Shown in pieces: positions 27,701 through 39,900 of a stretch of DNA of 64,000 nucleotides. A program made the translations under genes and the position numbers. The number at the start of each line of letters is the position of its first letter. The first letter of the stretch is position 1. The stretch comes from Eledone cirrhosa (Eukaryota), in contig OZ024742.1 of the NCBI GenBank assembly GCA_964016885.1, forward strand, positions 235,538,001-235,602,000, in the 5' to 3' direction. Under the pieces are notes generated by a model. The model worked only from the letters and a program-made list of their open reading frames with translations. It searched no databases and was not told the DNA's origin.

Positions 27701-30700
27701 GGTGACTGTATCAGAACTATTGTAGTTGAAAGGTGACTGTATCAGAACTATTGTAGTAGAAAGGTGACTGTATCAGAACCATTGTAGTTGAAAGGTGACT
27801 GTATCAGAACTATTGTAGTGGAAAGGTGACTGTCTCAGAACTATTGTAGTAGAAAGGTGACTGTATCAGAACTATTGTAGTTGAAAGGTGACTGTATCAG
27901 AACTATTGTAGTGGAAAGGTGACTGTATCAGAACTATTGTAGTAGAAAGGTGACTGTATCAGAACTATTGTAGTAGAAAGGTGACTGTATCAGAACTATT
28001 GTAGTGGAAAGGTGACTGTATCAGAACTAATGTAGTTGAAAGGTGACTGTATCAGAACTATTGTAGTTGAAAGGTGACTGTATCAGAACTATTGTAGTAG
28101 AAAGGTGACTGTATCAGAACTATTGTAGTTGAAAGGTGACTGTATCAGAACTATTGTAGTGGAAAGGTGACTGTATCAGAACTAATGTAGTTGAAAGGTG
28201 ACTGTATCAGAACTATTGTAGTTGAAAGGTGACTGCATCCGAAATATTGTAGTTGAAAGTTGACTGTATCCGAAGTATTGTAGTTGAAAGGTGACTGTAT
28301 CAGAACTATTGTAGTTGAAAGGTGTCTGTATCTAAACTATTGTAGTTGAAAGGTGACTGTATCAGAACTATTGTAGTTGAAAGGTGACTGTATCCGAAGT
28401 ATAGTAGTTGAAAGGTGACTGTATCAGAACTATTGTAGTTGAAAGGTGACTGTATCATAACTATTGTATTTGAAAAATGACTGTATCAGAACTATCGTAG
28501 TTGAAAGGTGACTGTATCAGAACTATTGTAGTAGAAAGGTGACTGTATCAGAACCATTGTAGTTGAAAGGTGACTGTATAAGAACTATTGTAGTTGAAAG
28601 GTGACTGTATGAGAACTATTGTAGTAGAAAGGTGACTGTATCCGAAGTATAGTAGTGGAAAGGTGACTGTATCAGAACTTTTGTAGTTGAAATGTGACTG
28701 TATCAGAATTAATGAAGTGGAAAGGTGACTGTATCAGAACTATTGTAGTTGAAAGGTGACTGTATCAGAACTATTGTAGTTGAAAGGTGACTGTATCAGA
28801 ACTATTGTAGTAGAAAGGTGACTGTATCAGAACTAATGTAATTGAAATGTGACTGTATCTGAACTATTGTAGTTGAAAGGTGACTGTATCCGAAGTATAG
28901 TAGTTGAAAGGTGACTGTATCAGAACTAATGTAGTTGAAATGTGACTGTATCAGAACTATTGTAGTCCAAAGGTGACTGTATCAGAACTATTGTAGTTGA
29001 AAGGTGACTGTATCAGAACTATTGTAGTTGAAAGGTGACTGCATCACAACTATTGTAGTAGAAAGGTGACTGTATCAGAACTAATGTAGTTGAAAGATGA
29101 CTGTATAAGAACTATTGTAGTTGAAAGGTGACTGTATCAGAACTAATGTAGTTGGAATGTGACCGTATCAGAACTATTGTAGTTGAAAGGTGACTTTATC
29201 AGAATTATTGTAGTTGAAAGGTGACTGCATCAGAACTATTGTAGTAGAAAGGTGACTGTATCAGAACTAATGTAGTTGAAAGATGACTGTATCAGAACTA
29301 TTGTATTTGAAAGGTGACTGTATCAGAACTATTGTGAGATGGAAGGTGACTGTATCAGAACTATTGTAGTGGAAAAGTGACTGTATCAGAACTATTGTAG
29401 TAGAAAGGTGACTGTATCAGAGAACTATTGTAGTTGAAAGGTGACTGTATCAGAACTATTGTAGTTGAAAGGTGACTGTATCAGAACTATTGTAGTGGAA
29501 AGGTGACATTATCAGAACTATTGTAGTTGAAAGGTGACTGTATCAGAACTAATGTAGTTGATAGGTGAGTATCAGAACTATTGTAGTGGAAAGGTGACTG
29601 TATCAGAACTAATGTAGTTGAAAGGTGACTGTATCAGAACTATTGTAGTTGAAATGTGACTGTATCAGAAGTATAGTAGTTGAAAGGTGACTGTATCCGA
29701 AGTATCGTAGTTGAAAGGTGACTGTATCAGAACCAATGTAGTTGAAAGGTGACTGTATCAGAGCTATTGTAGTTGAAAGGTGACTGTATCAGAACTATTG
29801 TAGTAGAAAGGTGACTGTATCAGAACCATTGTAGTTGAAAGGTGACTGTATCAGAACTATTGTAGTGGAAAGGTGACTGTATCAGAACTATTGTAGTTGA
29901 AAGGTGACTGTATCATAACTATTGTAGTTGAAAGGTGACTGTATCAGAACTATCGTAGTTGAAAGGTGACTGTATCAGAACTATTGTAGTGGAAAGGTGA
30001 CTGTCTCAGAACTATTGTAGTAGAAAGGTGACTGTATCAGAACTATTGTAGTTGAAAGGTGACTGTATCAGAACTATTGTAGTGGAAAGGTGACTGTATC
30101 AGAACTATTGTAGTAGAAAGGTGACTGTATCAGAACTATTGTAGTAGAAAGGTGACTGTATCAGAACTATTGTAGTGGAAAGGTGACTGTATCAGAACTA
30201 ATGTAGTTGAAAGGTGACTGTATCAGAACTATTGTAGTAGAAAGGTGACTGTATCAGAACTATTGTAGTTGAAAGGTGACTGTATTAGAACCATTGTAGT
30301 TGAAAGGTGACTGTATCAGAACTATTGTAGTTAAAAGGTGACTGTATCCGAAGTATAGTAGTTGAAAGGTGACTGTATCAGAACTATTGTTGTAGAAAGG
30401 TGACTGTATCAGAACTAATGTAGTTGAAAGGTGCCTGTATAAGAACTAATGTAGTTGAAAGGTGACTGTATCAGAACTATTGTAGTAGAAACGTGACTGT
30501 ATCAGAACTATTGTAGTGGAAAGGTGACTGTATCAGAACTAATGTAGTTGAAAGGTGACTGTATCAGAACTATTGTAGTTGAAAGGTGACTGTATCAGAA
30601 CTATTGTAGTAGAAAGGTGACTGTATCAGAACCATTGTAGTTGAAAGGTGACTGTATCAGAACTATTGTAGTGGAAAGGTGACTGTCTCAGAACTATTGT

Positions 30701-33030
30701 AGTAGAAAGGTGACTGTATCAGAACTATTGTAGTTGAAAGGTGACTGTATCAGAACTATTGTAGTGGAAAGGTGACTGTATCAGAACTATTGTAGTAGAA
30801 AGGTGACTGTATCAGAACTATTGTAGTAGAAAGGTGACTGTATCAGAACTATTGTAGTGGAAAGGTGACTGTATCAGAACTAATGTAGTTGAAAGGTGAC
30901 TGTATCAGAACTATTGTAGTTGAAAGGTGACTGTATCAGAACTATTGTAGTAGAAAGGTGACTGTATCAGAACTATTGTAGTTGAAAGGTGACTGTATCA
31001 GAACTATTGTAGTGGAAAGGTGACTGTATCAGAACTAATGTAGTTGAAAGGTGACTGTATCAGAACTATTGTAGTTGAAAGGTGACTGCATCCGAAATAT
31101 TGTAGTTGAAAGTTGACTGTATCCGAAGTATTGTAGTTGAAAGGTGACTGTATCAGAACTATTGTAGTTGAAAGGTGTCTGTATCTAAACTATTGTAGTT
31201 GAAAGGTGACTGTATCAGAACTATTGTAGTAGAAAGGTGACTGTATCAGAACTATTGTAGTTGAAAGGTGACTGTATCAGAACTATTGTAGTTGAAAGGT
31301 GACTGTATCCGAAGTATAGTAGTTGAAAGGTGACTGTATCAGAACTATTGTAGTTGAAAGGTGACTGTATCATAACTATTGTATTTGAAAAATGACTGTA
31401 TCAGAACTATCGTAGTTGAAAGGTGACTGTATCAGAACTATTGTAGTAGAAAGGTGACTGTATCAGAACCATTGTAGTTGAAAGGTGACTGTATAAGAAC
31501 TATTGTAGTTGAAAGGTGACTGTATGAGAACTATTGTAGTAGAAAGGTGACTGTATCCGAAGTATAGTAGTGGAAAGGTGACTGTATCAGAACTTTTGTA
31601 GTTGAAATGTGACTGTATCAGAATTAATGAAGTGGAAAGGTGACTGTATCAGAACTATTGTAGTTGAAAGGTGACTGTATCAGAACTATTGTAGTTGAAA
31701 GGTGACTGTATCAGAACTATTGTAGTAGAAAGGTGACTGTATCAGAACTAATGTAATTGAAATGTGACTGTATCTGAACTATTGTAGTTGAAAGGTGACT
31801 GTATCCGAAGTATAGTAGTTGAAAGGTGACTGTATCAGAACTAATGTAGTTGAAATGTGACTGTATCAGAACTATTGTAGTCCAAAGGTGACTGTATCAG
31901 AACTATTGTAGTTGAAAGGTGACTGTATCAGAACTATTGTAGTTGAAAGGTGACTGCATCACAACTATTGTAGTAGAAAGGTGACTGTATCAGAACTAAT
32001 GTAGTTGAAAGATGACTGTATAAGAACTATTGTAGTTGAAAGGTGACTGTATCAGAACTAATGTAGTTGGAATGTGACCGTATCAGAACTATTGTAGTTG
32101 AAAGGTGACTTTATCAGAACTATTGTAGTTGAAAGGTGACTGCATCAGAACTATTGTAGTAGAAAGGTGACTGTATCAGAACTAATGTAGTTGAAAGATG
32201 ACTGTATCAGAACTATTGTAGTTGAAAGGTGACTGTATCAGAACTATTGTGAGATGGAAGGTGACTGTATCAGAACTATTGTAGTGGAAAAGTGACTGTA
32301 TCAGAACTATTGTAGTAGAAAGGTGACTGTATCAGAGAACTATTGTAGTTGAAAGGTGACTGTATCAGAACTATTGTAGTTGAAAGGTGACTGTATCAAA
32401 ACTATTGTAGTGGAAAGGTGACATTATCAGAACTATTGTAGTTGAAAGGTGACTGTATCAGAACTAATGTAGTTGATAGGTGAGTATCAGAACTATTGTA
32501 GTGGAAAGGTGACTGTATCAGAACTAATGTAGTTGAAAGGTGACTGTATCAGAACTATTGTAGTTGAAAGGTGACTGTATCAGAAGTATAGTAGTTGAAA
32601 GGTGACTGTATCCGAAGTATCGTAGTTGAAAGGTGACTGTATCAGAACCAATGTAGTTGAAAGGTGACTGTATCAGAGCTATTGTAGTTGAAAGGTGACT
32701 GTATTAGAACTATTGTAGTAGAAAGGTGACTGTATCAGAACCATTGTAGTTGAAAGGTGACTGTATCAGAACTATTGTAGTGGAAAGGTGACTGTATCAG
32801 AACTATTGTAGTTGAAAGGTGACTGTATCATAACTATTGTAGTTGAAAGGTGACTGTATCAGAACTATCGTAGTTGAAAGGTGACTGTATCAGAACTATT
32901 GTAGTAGAAAGGTGACTGTATCAGAACTATTGTAGTTGAAAGGTGACTGTATTAGAACCATTGTAGTTGAAAGGTGACTGTATCAGAACTATTGTAGTTA
33001 AAAGGTGACTGTATCCGAAGTATAGTAGTT
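24800..33030 (+). repeat. Three tandem type-A higher-order units of about 2.6-2.9 kb
   Basis: TCTAAAC at 25664, 28331 and 31184 (spacings 2,667 and 2,853). Each unit also carries TCCAAAGG, GCATCACAAC, GGAATGTGACCG and the +2/-2 indel pair. Confidence 0.8.
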
Positions 33031-33960
33031 GAAAGGTGACTGTATCAGAACTAATGTAGTTGAAATGTGACTGTATCAGAACTATTGTAGTTGAAAGGTG
33101 ACTGTATCATAACTATAGTAGTAGAAAGGTGACTGTAACAGAGCTAACGTAGTCGAAAGGTGACTGTATCAGAACTAATGTAGTTGAAAGGTGACTGTAT
33201 CAGAAATATTGTAGTTAAAAGGTGACTGTATCAGAAGTATTGTAGTTGAAAGGTGACTGTATCAGAACTATTGTAGTTGAAAGGTGACTGTATAAGAACT
33301 ATTGTAGTTGAAAGGTGACTGTATCAGAACTATTGTAGTTGAAAGGTGACTGTATCAGAACCATTGTAGTTGAAAGGTGACTGTATCAGAACTATTGTAG
33401 TGGAAAGGTGACTGTATCAGAACTATTGTAGTTGAAAGGTGACTGTATCATAACTATTGTAGTTGAAAGGTGACTGTATCAGAACTATCGTAGTTGAAAG
33501 GTGACTGTATCAGAACTATTGTAGTAGAAAGGTGACTGTATCAGAACTATTGTAGTTGAAAGGTGACTGTATTAGAACCATTGTAGTTGAAAGGTGACTG
33601 TATCAGGACTATTGTAGTTAAAAGGTGACTGTATCCGAAGTATAGTAGTTGAAAGGTGACTGTATCAGAACTAATGTAGTTGAAATGTGACTGTATCAGA
33701 ACTATTGTAGTTGAAAGGTGACTGTATCATAACTATAGTAGTAGAAAGGTGACTGTAACAGAGCTAACGTAGTCGAAAGGTGACTGTATCAGAACTAATG
33801 TAGTTGAAAGGTGACTGTATCAGAAATATTGTAGTTAAAAGGTGACTGTATCAGAAGTATTGTAGTTGAAAGGTGACTGTATCAGAACTATTGTAGTTGA
33901 AAGGTGACTGTATAAGAACTATTGTAGTTGAAAGGTGACTGTATCAGAACTATTGTAGTT
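32720..33960 (+). repeat. 620-bp (20-monomer) tandem duplication; recurs at about 39.5-40.4 kb (first copy partly deleted) and 42.9-44.1 kb
   Basis: GAGCTAACGTAGTCGAAAGG at 33141/33761, about 39620/40240 and about 43279/43899. The second copy is always marked by ATCAGGACT (about 33602, 40081, 43740). Confidence 0.82.
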
Positions 33961-36900
33961 GAAAGGTGACTGTATCCGAAGTATAGTAGTGGAAAGGTGA
34001 CTGTAACAGAACTATTGTAGTTGAAAGGTGACTGTATCAGAACTAATGTAGTTGAAATGTGACTGTATCAGAACTAATGTAGTTGAAAGGTGACTGTATC
34101 AGAACTATTGTAGTTGAAAGGTGACTGTATCAGAACTAATGTAGTTGAAATGTGACTGTATCAGAACTATTGTAGTTGAAAGGTGACTGTATCAGAACTA
34201 TTGTAGTTGAAATGTGACTGTATCAGAACTATTGTAGTTGAAAGGTGACTGTATCCGAAGTATAGTAGTTGAAAGGTGACTGTATCAGAACTAATATAGT
34301 TGAAAATTGACTGTATCAGAACTATTGTAGTTCATAGGTGACTGTATCAGAACTATTGTAGTTGAAAGGTGACTGCATCAGAACTATTGTAGTTGAAAGG
34401 TGACTGTATCAGAACTATTGTAGTAGAAAGGTGACTGTATCAGAACTAATGTAGTTGAAAGATGACTGTATAAGAACTATTGTAGTTGAAAGGTGACTGT
34501 ATCAGAACTATTGTAGTTGAAAGGTGACTGTATAAGAACTATTGTAGTTGAAAGGTGACTGTATCAGAACTATTGTAGTAGAAAGGTGACTGTATCCGAA
34601 GTATAGTAGTGGAAAGGTGACTGTATCAGAACTAATGTAGTAGAAAGGTGACTGTATCAGAACTATTGTAGTTGAAAGGTGACTGTATCAGAACTATTGT
34701 AGTTAAAATGTGACTGTATCAGAACTAATGTAGTTGAAATGTGACCGTATCAGAACTATTGTAGTAGAAAGGTGACTGTATCCGATGTATAGTAGTTGAA
34801 AGGTGACTGTATCAGAACTGTTGTAGTTGAAAGGTGACTGTATCAGAACTATTGTATTTGAAAGGTGACTGTATCCGAAGTATAGTAGTTGAAAGGTGAC
34901 TGTATCAGAACTAATGTAGTTGAAATGTGACTGTATCCGAAGTATAGTAGTTGAAAGGTGACTGTATCAGAACTAATGTAATTGAAATGTGACTGTATCA
35001 GAACTATTGTAGTTGAAAGGTGACTGTATCCGAAGTATAGTAGTTGAAAGGTGACTGTATCAGAACTAATGTAGTTGAAATGTGACTGTCTCAGAACTAT
35101 TGTAGTTGAAAGCTGACTGTATCATAATTATTGTAGTTGAAAGGTGACTGTATCAGAACTATCGTAGTAGAAAGGTGACTGTATCAGAACCATTGTAGTT
35201 GAAAGGTGACTGTAGAAGAACTATTGTAGTTGAAAGGTGACTGTATGAGAACTATTGTAGTAGAAAGGTGACTGTATCCGAAGTATAGTAGTGGAAAGGT
35301 GACTGTATCAGAACTATTGTAGTGGAAAGGTGACTGTATCAGAATTAATGTAGTGGAAAGGTGACTGTATCAGAACTATTGTAGTTGAAAGATGACTGTA
35401 TCAGAACTATTGTAGTAGAAAGGTGACTGTATCAGAACTAATGTAGTGGAAAGGTGACAGTATCAGAACTAATGTAATTGAAATGTGACTGTATCAGAAC
35501 TATTGTAGTTGAAAGGTGACTGTATCCGAAGTATAGTAGTTGAAAAGTGACTGTATCAGAACTAATGTAGTTGAAATGTGACTGTATCAGAACTATTGTA
35601 GTTCAAAGGTGACTGTATCAGAACTATTGTAGTTGAAAGGTGACTGTATCAGAACTATTGTAGTTGAAAGGTGACTGCATCAGAACTATTGTAGTAGAAA
35701 GGTGACTGTATCAGAACTAATGTAGTTGAAAGATGACTGTATAAGAACTATCGTAGTTGAAAGGTGACTGTATCAAAACTATTGTAGTTGAAAGGTGACT
35801 GTATCAGAACTATTGTAGTGGAAAGGTGACTGTATCTGAACTAATGTAGTTGAAATGTGACCGTATCAGAACTATTGTAGTTGAAAGGTGACTGCATCAG
35901 AACTATTGTAGTTGAAAGGTGACTGTATCAGAACTAATGTAGTTGAAATGTGACTGTATCAGAACTATTGTAGTTAAAAGGTGACTGCATCAGAACTATT
36001 GTAGTTGAAAGGTGACTGTATCAGAACTATTGTAGTAGAAAGGTGACTGTATCAGAACTATTGTAGTTGAAAGGTGACTGTATCAGAACTATTGTAGTAG
36101 AAAGGTGACTGTATCAGAACTATTGTGAGATGGAAGGTGAATGTATCAGAACTATTGTAGTTGAAAGGTGACTGTATCAGAACTATTGTAGTAGAAAGGT
36201 GACTGTAACAGAGCTAACGTAGTTGAAAGGTGACTGTATCAGAACTAATGTAGTTGAAAGGTGACTGTATCATAACTATTGTAGTTAAAAGGTGACTGTA
36301 TCAGAAGTATTGTAGTTGAAAGGTGACTGTATCAGAACTATTGTAGTTGAAAGGTGACTGTATCAGAACTATTGTAGTTGAAAGGTGACTGTATCAGAAC
36401 TATTGTAGTTGAAAGGTGACTCTATCAGAACTATTGTAGTTGAAAGGTGACTGTATCAGAACTATTGTAGTTGAAAGGTGACTGTATCAGAACTATTGTA
36501 GTGGAAAGGTGACATTATCAGAACTATTGTAGTTGAAAGGTGACTGTATCAGAACTAATGTAGTTGATAGGTGAGTATCAGAACTATTGTAGTGGAAAGG
36601 TGACTGTATCAGAACTAATGTAGTTGAAAGGTGACTGTATCAGAAGTATAGTAGTTGAAAGGTGACTGTATCCGAAGTATCGTAGTTGAAAGGTGACTGT
36701 ATCAGAACCAATGTAGTTGAAAGGTGACTGTATCAGAGCTATTGTAGTTGAAAGGTGACTGTATCAGAACTATTGTAGTAGAAAGGTGACTGTATCAGAA
36801 CCATTGTAGTTGAAAGGTGACTGTATCAGAACTATTGTAGTGGAAAGGTGACTGTATCAGAACTATTGTAGTTGAAAGGTGACTGTATCATAACTATTGT

Positions 36901-39900
36901 AGTTGAAAGGTGACTGTATCAGAACTATCGTAGTTGAAAGGTGACTGTATCAGAACTATTGTAGTAGAAAGGTGACTGTATCAGAACTATTGTAGTTGAA
37001 AGGTGACTGTATTAGAACCATTGTAGTTGAAAGGTGACTGTATCAGAACTATTGTAGTTAAAAGGTGACTGTATCCGAAGTATAGTAGTTGAAAGGTGAC
37101 TGTATCAGAACTATTGTTGTAGAAAGGTGACTGTATCAGAACTAATGTAGTTGAAAGGTGCCTGTATAAGAACTAATGTAGTTGAAAGGTGACTGTATCA
37201 GAACTATTGTAGTAGAAACGTGACTGTATCAGAACTATTGTAGTGGAAAGGTGACTGTATCAGAACTAATGTAGTTGAAAGGTGACTGTATCAGAACTAT
37301 TGTAGTTGAAAGGTGACTGTATCAGAACTATTGTAGTAGAAAGGTGACTGTATCAGAACCATTGTAGTTGAAAGGTGACTGTATCAGAACTATTGTAGTG
37401 GAAAGGTGACTGTCTCAGAACTATTGTAGTAGAAAGGTGACTGTATCAGAACTATTGTAGTTGAAAGGTGACTGTATCAGAACTATTGTAGTGGAAAGGT
37501 GACTGTATCAGAACTATTGTAGTAGAAAGGTGACTGTATCAGAACTATTGTAGTAGAAAGGTGACTGTATCAGAACTATTGTAGTGGAAAGGTGACTGTA
37601 TCAGAACTAATGTAGTTGAAAGGTGACTGTATCAGAACTATTGTAGTTGAAAGGTGACTGTATCAGAACTATTGTAGTAGAAAGGTGACTGTATCAGAAC
37701 TATTGTAGTTGAAAAGTGACTGTATCAGAACTATTGTAGTGGAAAGGTGACTGTATCAGAACTAATGTAGTTGAAAGGTGACTGTATCAGAACTATTGTA
37801 GTTGAAAGGTGACTGCATCCGAAATATTGTAGTTGAAAGTTGACTGTATCCGAAGTATTGTAGTTGAAAGGTGACTGTATCAGAACTATTGTAGTTGAAA
37901 GGTGTCTGTATCTAAACTATTGTAGTTGAAAGGTGACTGTATCAGAACTATTGTAGTAGAAAGGTGACTGTATCAGAACTATTGTAGTTGAAAGGTGACT
38001 GTATCAGAACTATTGTAGTTGAAAGGTGACTGTATCCGAAGTATAGTAGTTGAAAGGTGACTGTATCAGAACTATTGTAGTTGAAAGGTGACTGTATCAT
38101 AACTATTGTATTTGAAAAATGACTGTATCAGAACTATCGTAGTTGAAAGGTGACTGTATCAGAACTATTGTAGTAGAAAGGTGACTGTATCAGAACCATT
38201 GTAGTTGAAAGGTGACTGTATAAGAACTATTGTAGTTGAAAGGTGACTGTATGAGAACTATTGTAGTAGAAAGGTGACTGTATCCGAAGTATAGTAGTGG
38301 AAAGGTGACTGTATCAGAACTTTTGTAGTTGAAATGTGACTGTATCAGAATTAATGAAGTGGAAAGGTGACTGTATCAGAACTATTGTAGTTGAAAGGTG
38401 ACTGTATCAGAACTATTGTAGTTGAAAGGTGACTGTATCAGAACTATTGTAGTAGAAAGGTGACTGTATCAGAACTAATGTAATTGAAATGTGACTGTAT
38501 CTGAACTATTGTAGTTGAAAGGTGACTGTATCCGAAGTATAGTAGTTGAAAGGTGACTGTATCAGAACTAATGTAGTTGAAATGTGACTGTATCAGAACT
38601 ATTGTAGTCCAAAGGTGACTGTATCAGAACTATTGTAGTTGAAAGGTGACTGTATCAGAACTATTGTAGTTGAAAGGTGACTGCATCACAACTATTGTAG
38701 TAGAAAGGTGACTGTATCAGAACTAATGTAGTTGAAAGATGACTGTATAAGAACTATTGTAGTTGAAAGGTGACTGTATCAGAACTAATGTAGTTGGAAT
38801 GTGACCGTATCAGAACTATTGTAGTTGAAAGGTGACTTTATCAGAACTATTGTAGTTGAAAGGTGACTGCATCAGAACTATTGTAGTAGAAAGGTGACTG
38901 TATCAGAACTAATGTAGTTGAAAGATGACTGTATCAGAACTATTGTAGTTGAAAGGTGACTGTATCAGAACTATTGTGAGATGGAAGGTGACTGTATCAG
39001 AACTATTGTAGTGGAAAAGTGACTGTATCAGAACTATTGTAGTAGAAAGGTGACTGTATCAGAGAACTATTGTAGTTGAAAGGTGACTGTATCAGAACTA
39101 TTGTAGTTGAAAGGTGACTGTATCAAAACTATTGTAGTGGAAAGGTGACATTATCAGAACTATTGTAGTTGAAAGGTGACTGTATCAGAACTAATGTAGT
39201 TGATAGGTGAGTATCAGAACTATTGTAGTGGAAAGGTGACTGTATCAGAACTAATGTAGTTGAAAGGTGACTGTATCAGAACTATTGTAGTTGAAAGGTG
39301 ACTGTATCAGAAGTATAGTAGTTGAAAGGTGACTGTATCCGAAGTATCGTAGTTGAAAGGTGACTGTATCAGAACCAATGTAGTTGAAAGGTGACTGTAT
39401 CAGAGCTATTGTAGTTGAAAGGTGACTGTATCAGAACTATTGTAGTAGAAAGGTGACTGTATCAGAACCATTGTAGTTGAAAGGTGACTGTATCAGAACT
39501 ATTGTAGTTGAAAGGTGACTGTATCATAACTATTGTAGTTGAAAGGTGACTGTATCAGAACTATTGTAGTTGAAAGGTGACTGTATCATAACTATAGTAG
39601 TAGAAAGGTGACTGTAACAGAGCTAACGTAGTCGAAAGGTGACTGTATCAGAACTAATGTAGTTGAAAGGTGACTGTATCAGAAATATTGTAGTTAAAAG
39701 GTGACTGTATCAGAAGTATTGTAGTTGAAAGGTGACTGTATCAGAACTATTGTAGTTGAAAGGTGACTGTATAAGAACTATTGTAGTTGAAAGGTGACTG
39801 TATCAGAACTATTGTAGTTGAAAGGTGACTGTATCAGAACCATTGTAGTTGAAAGGTGACTGTATCAGAACTATTGTAGTGGAAAGGTGACTGTATCAGA

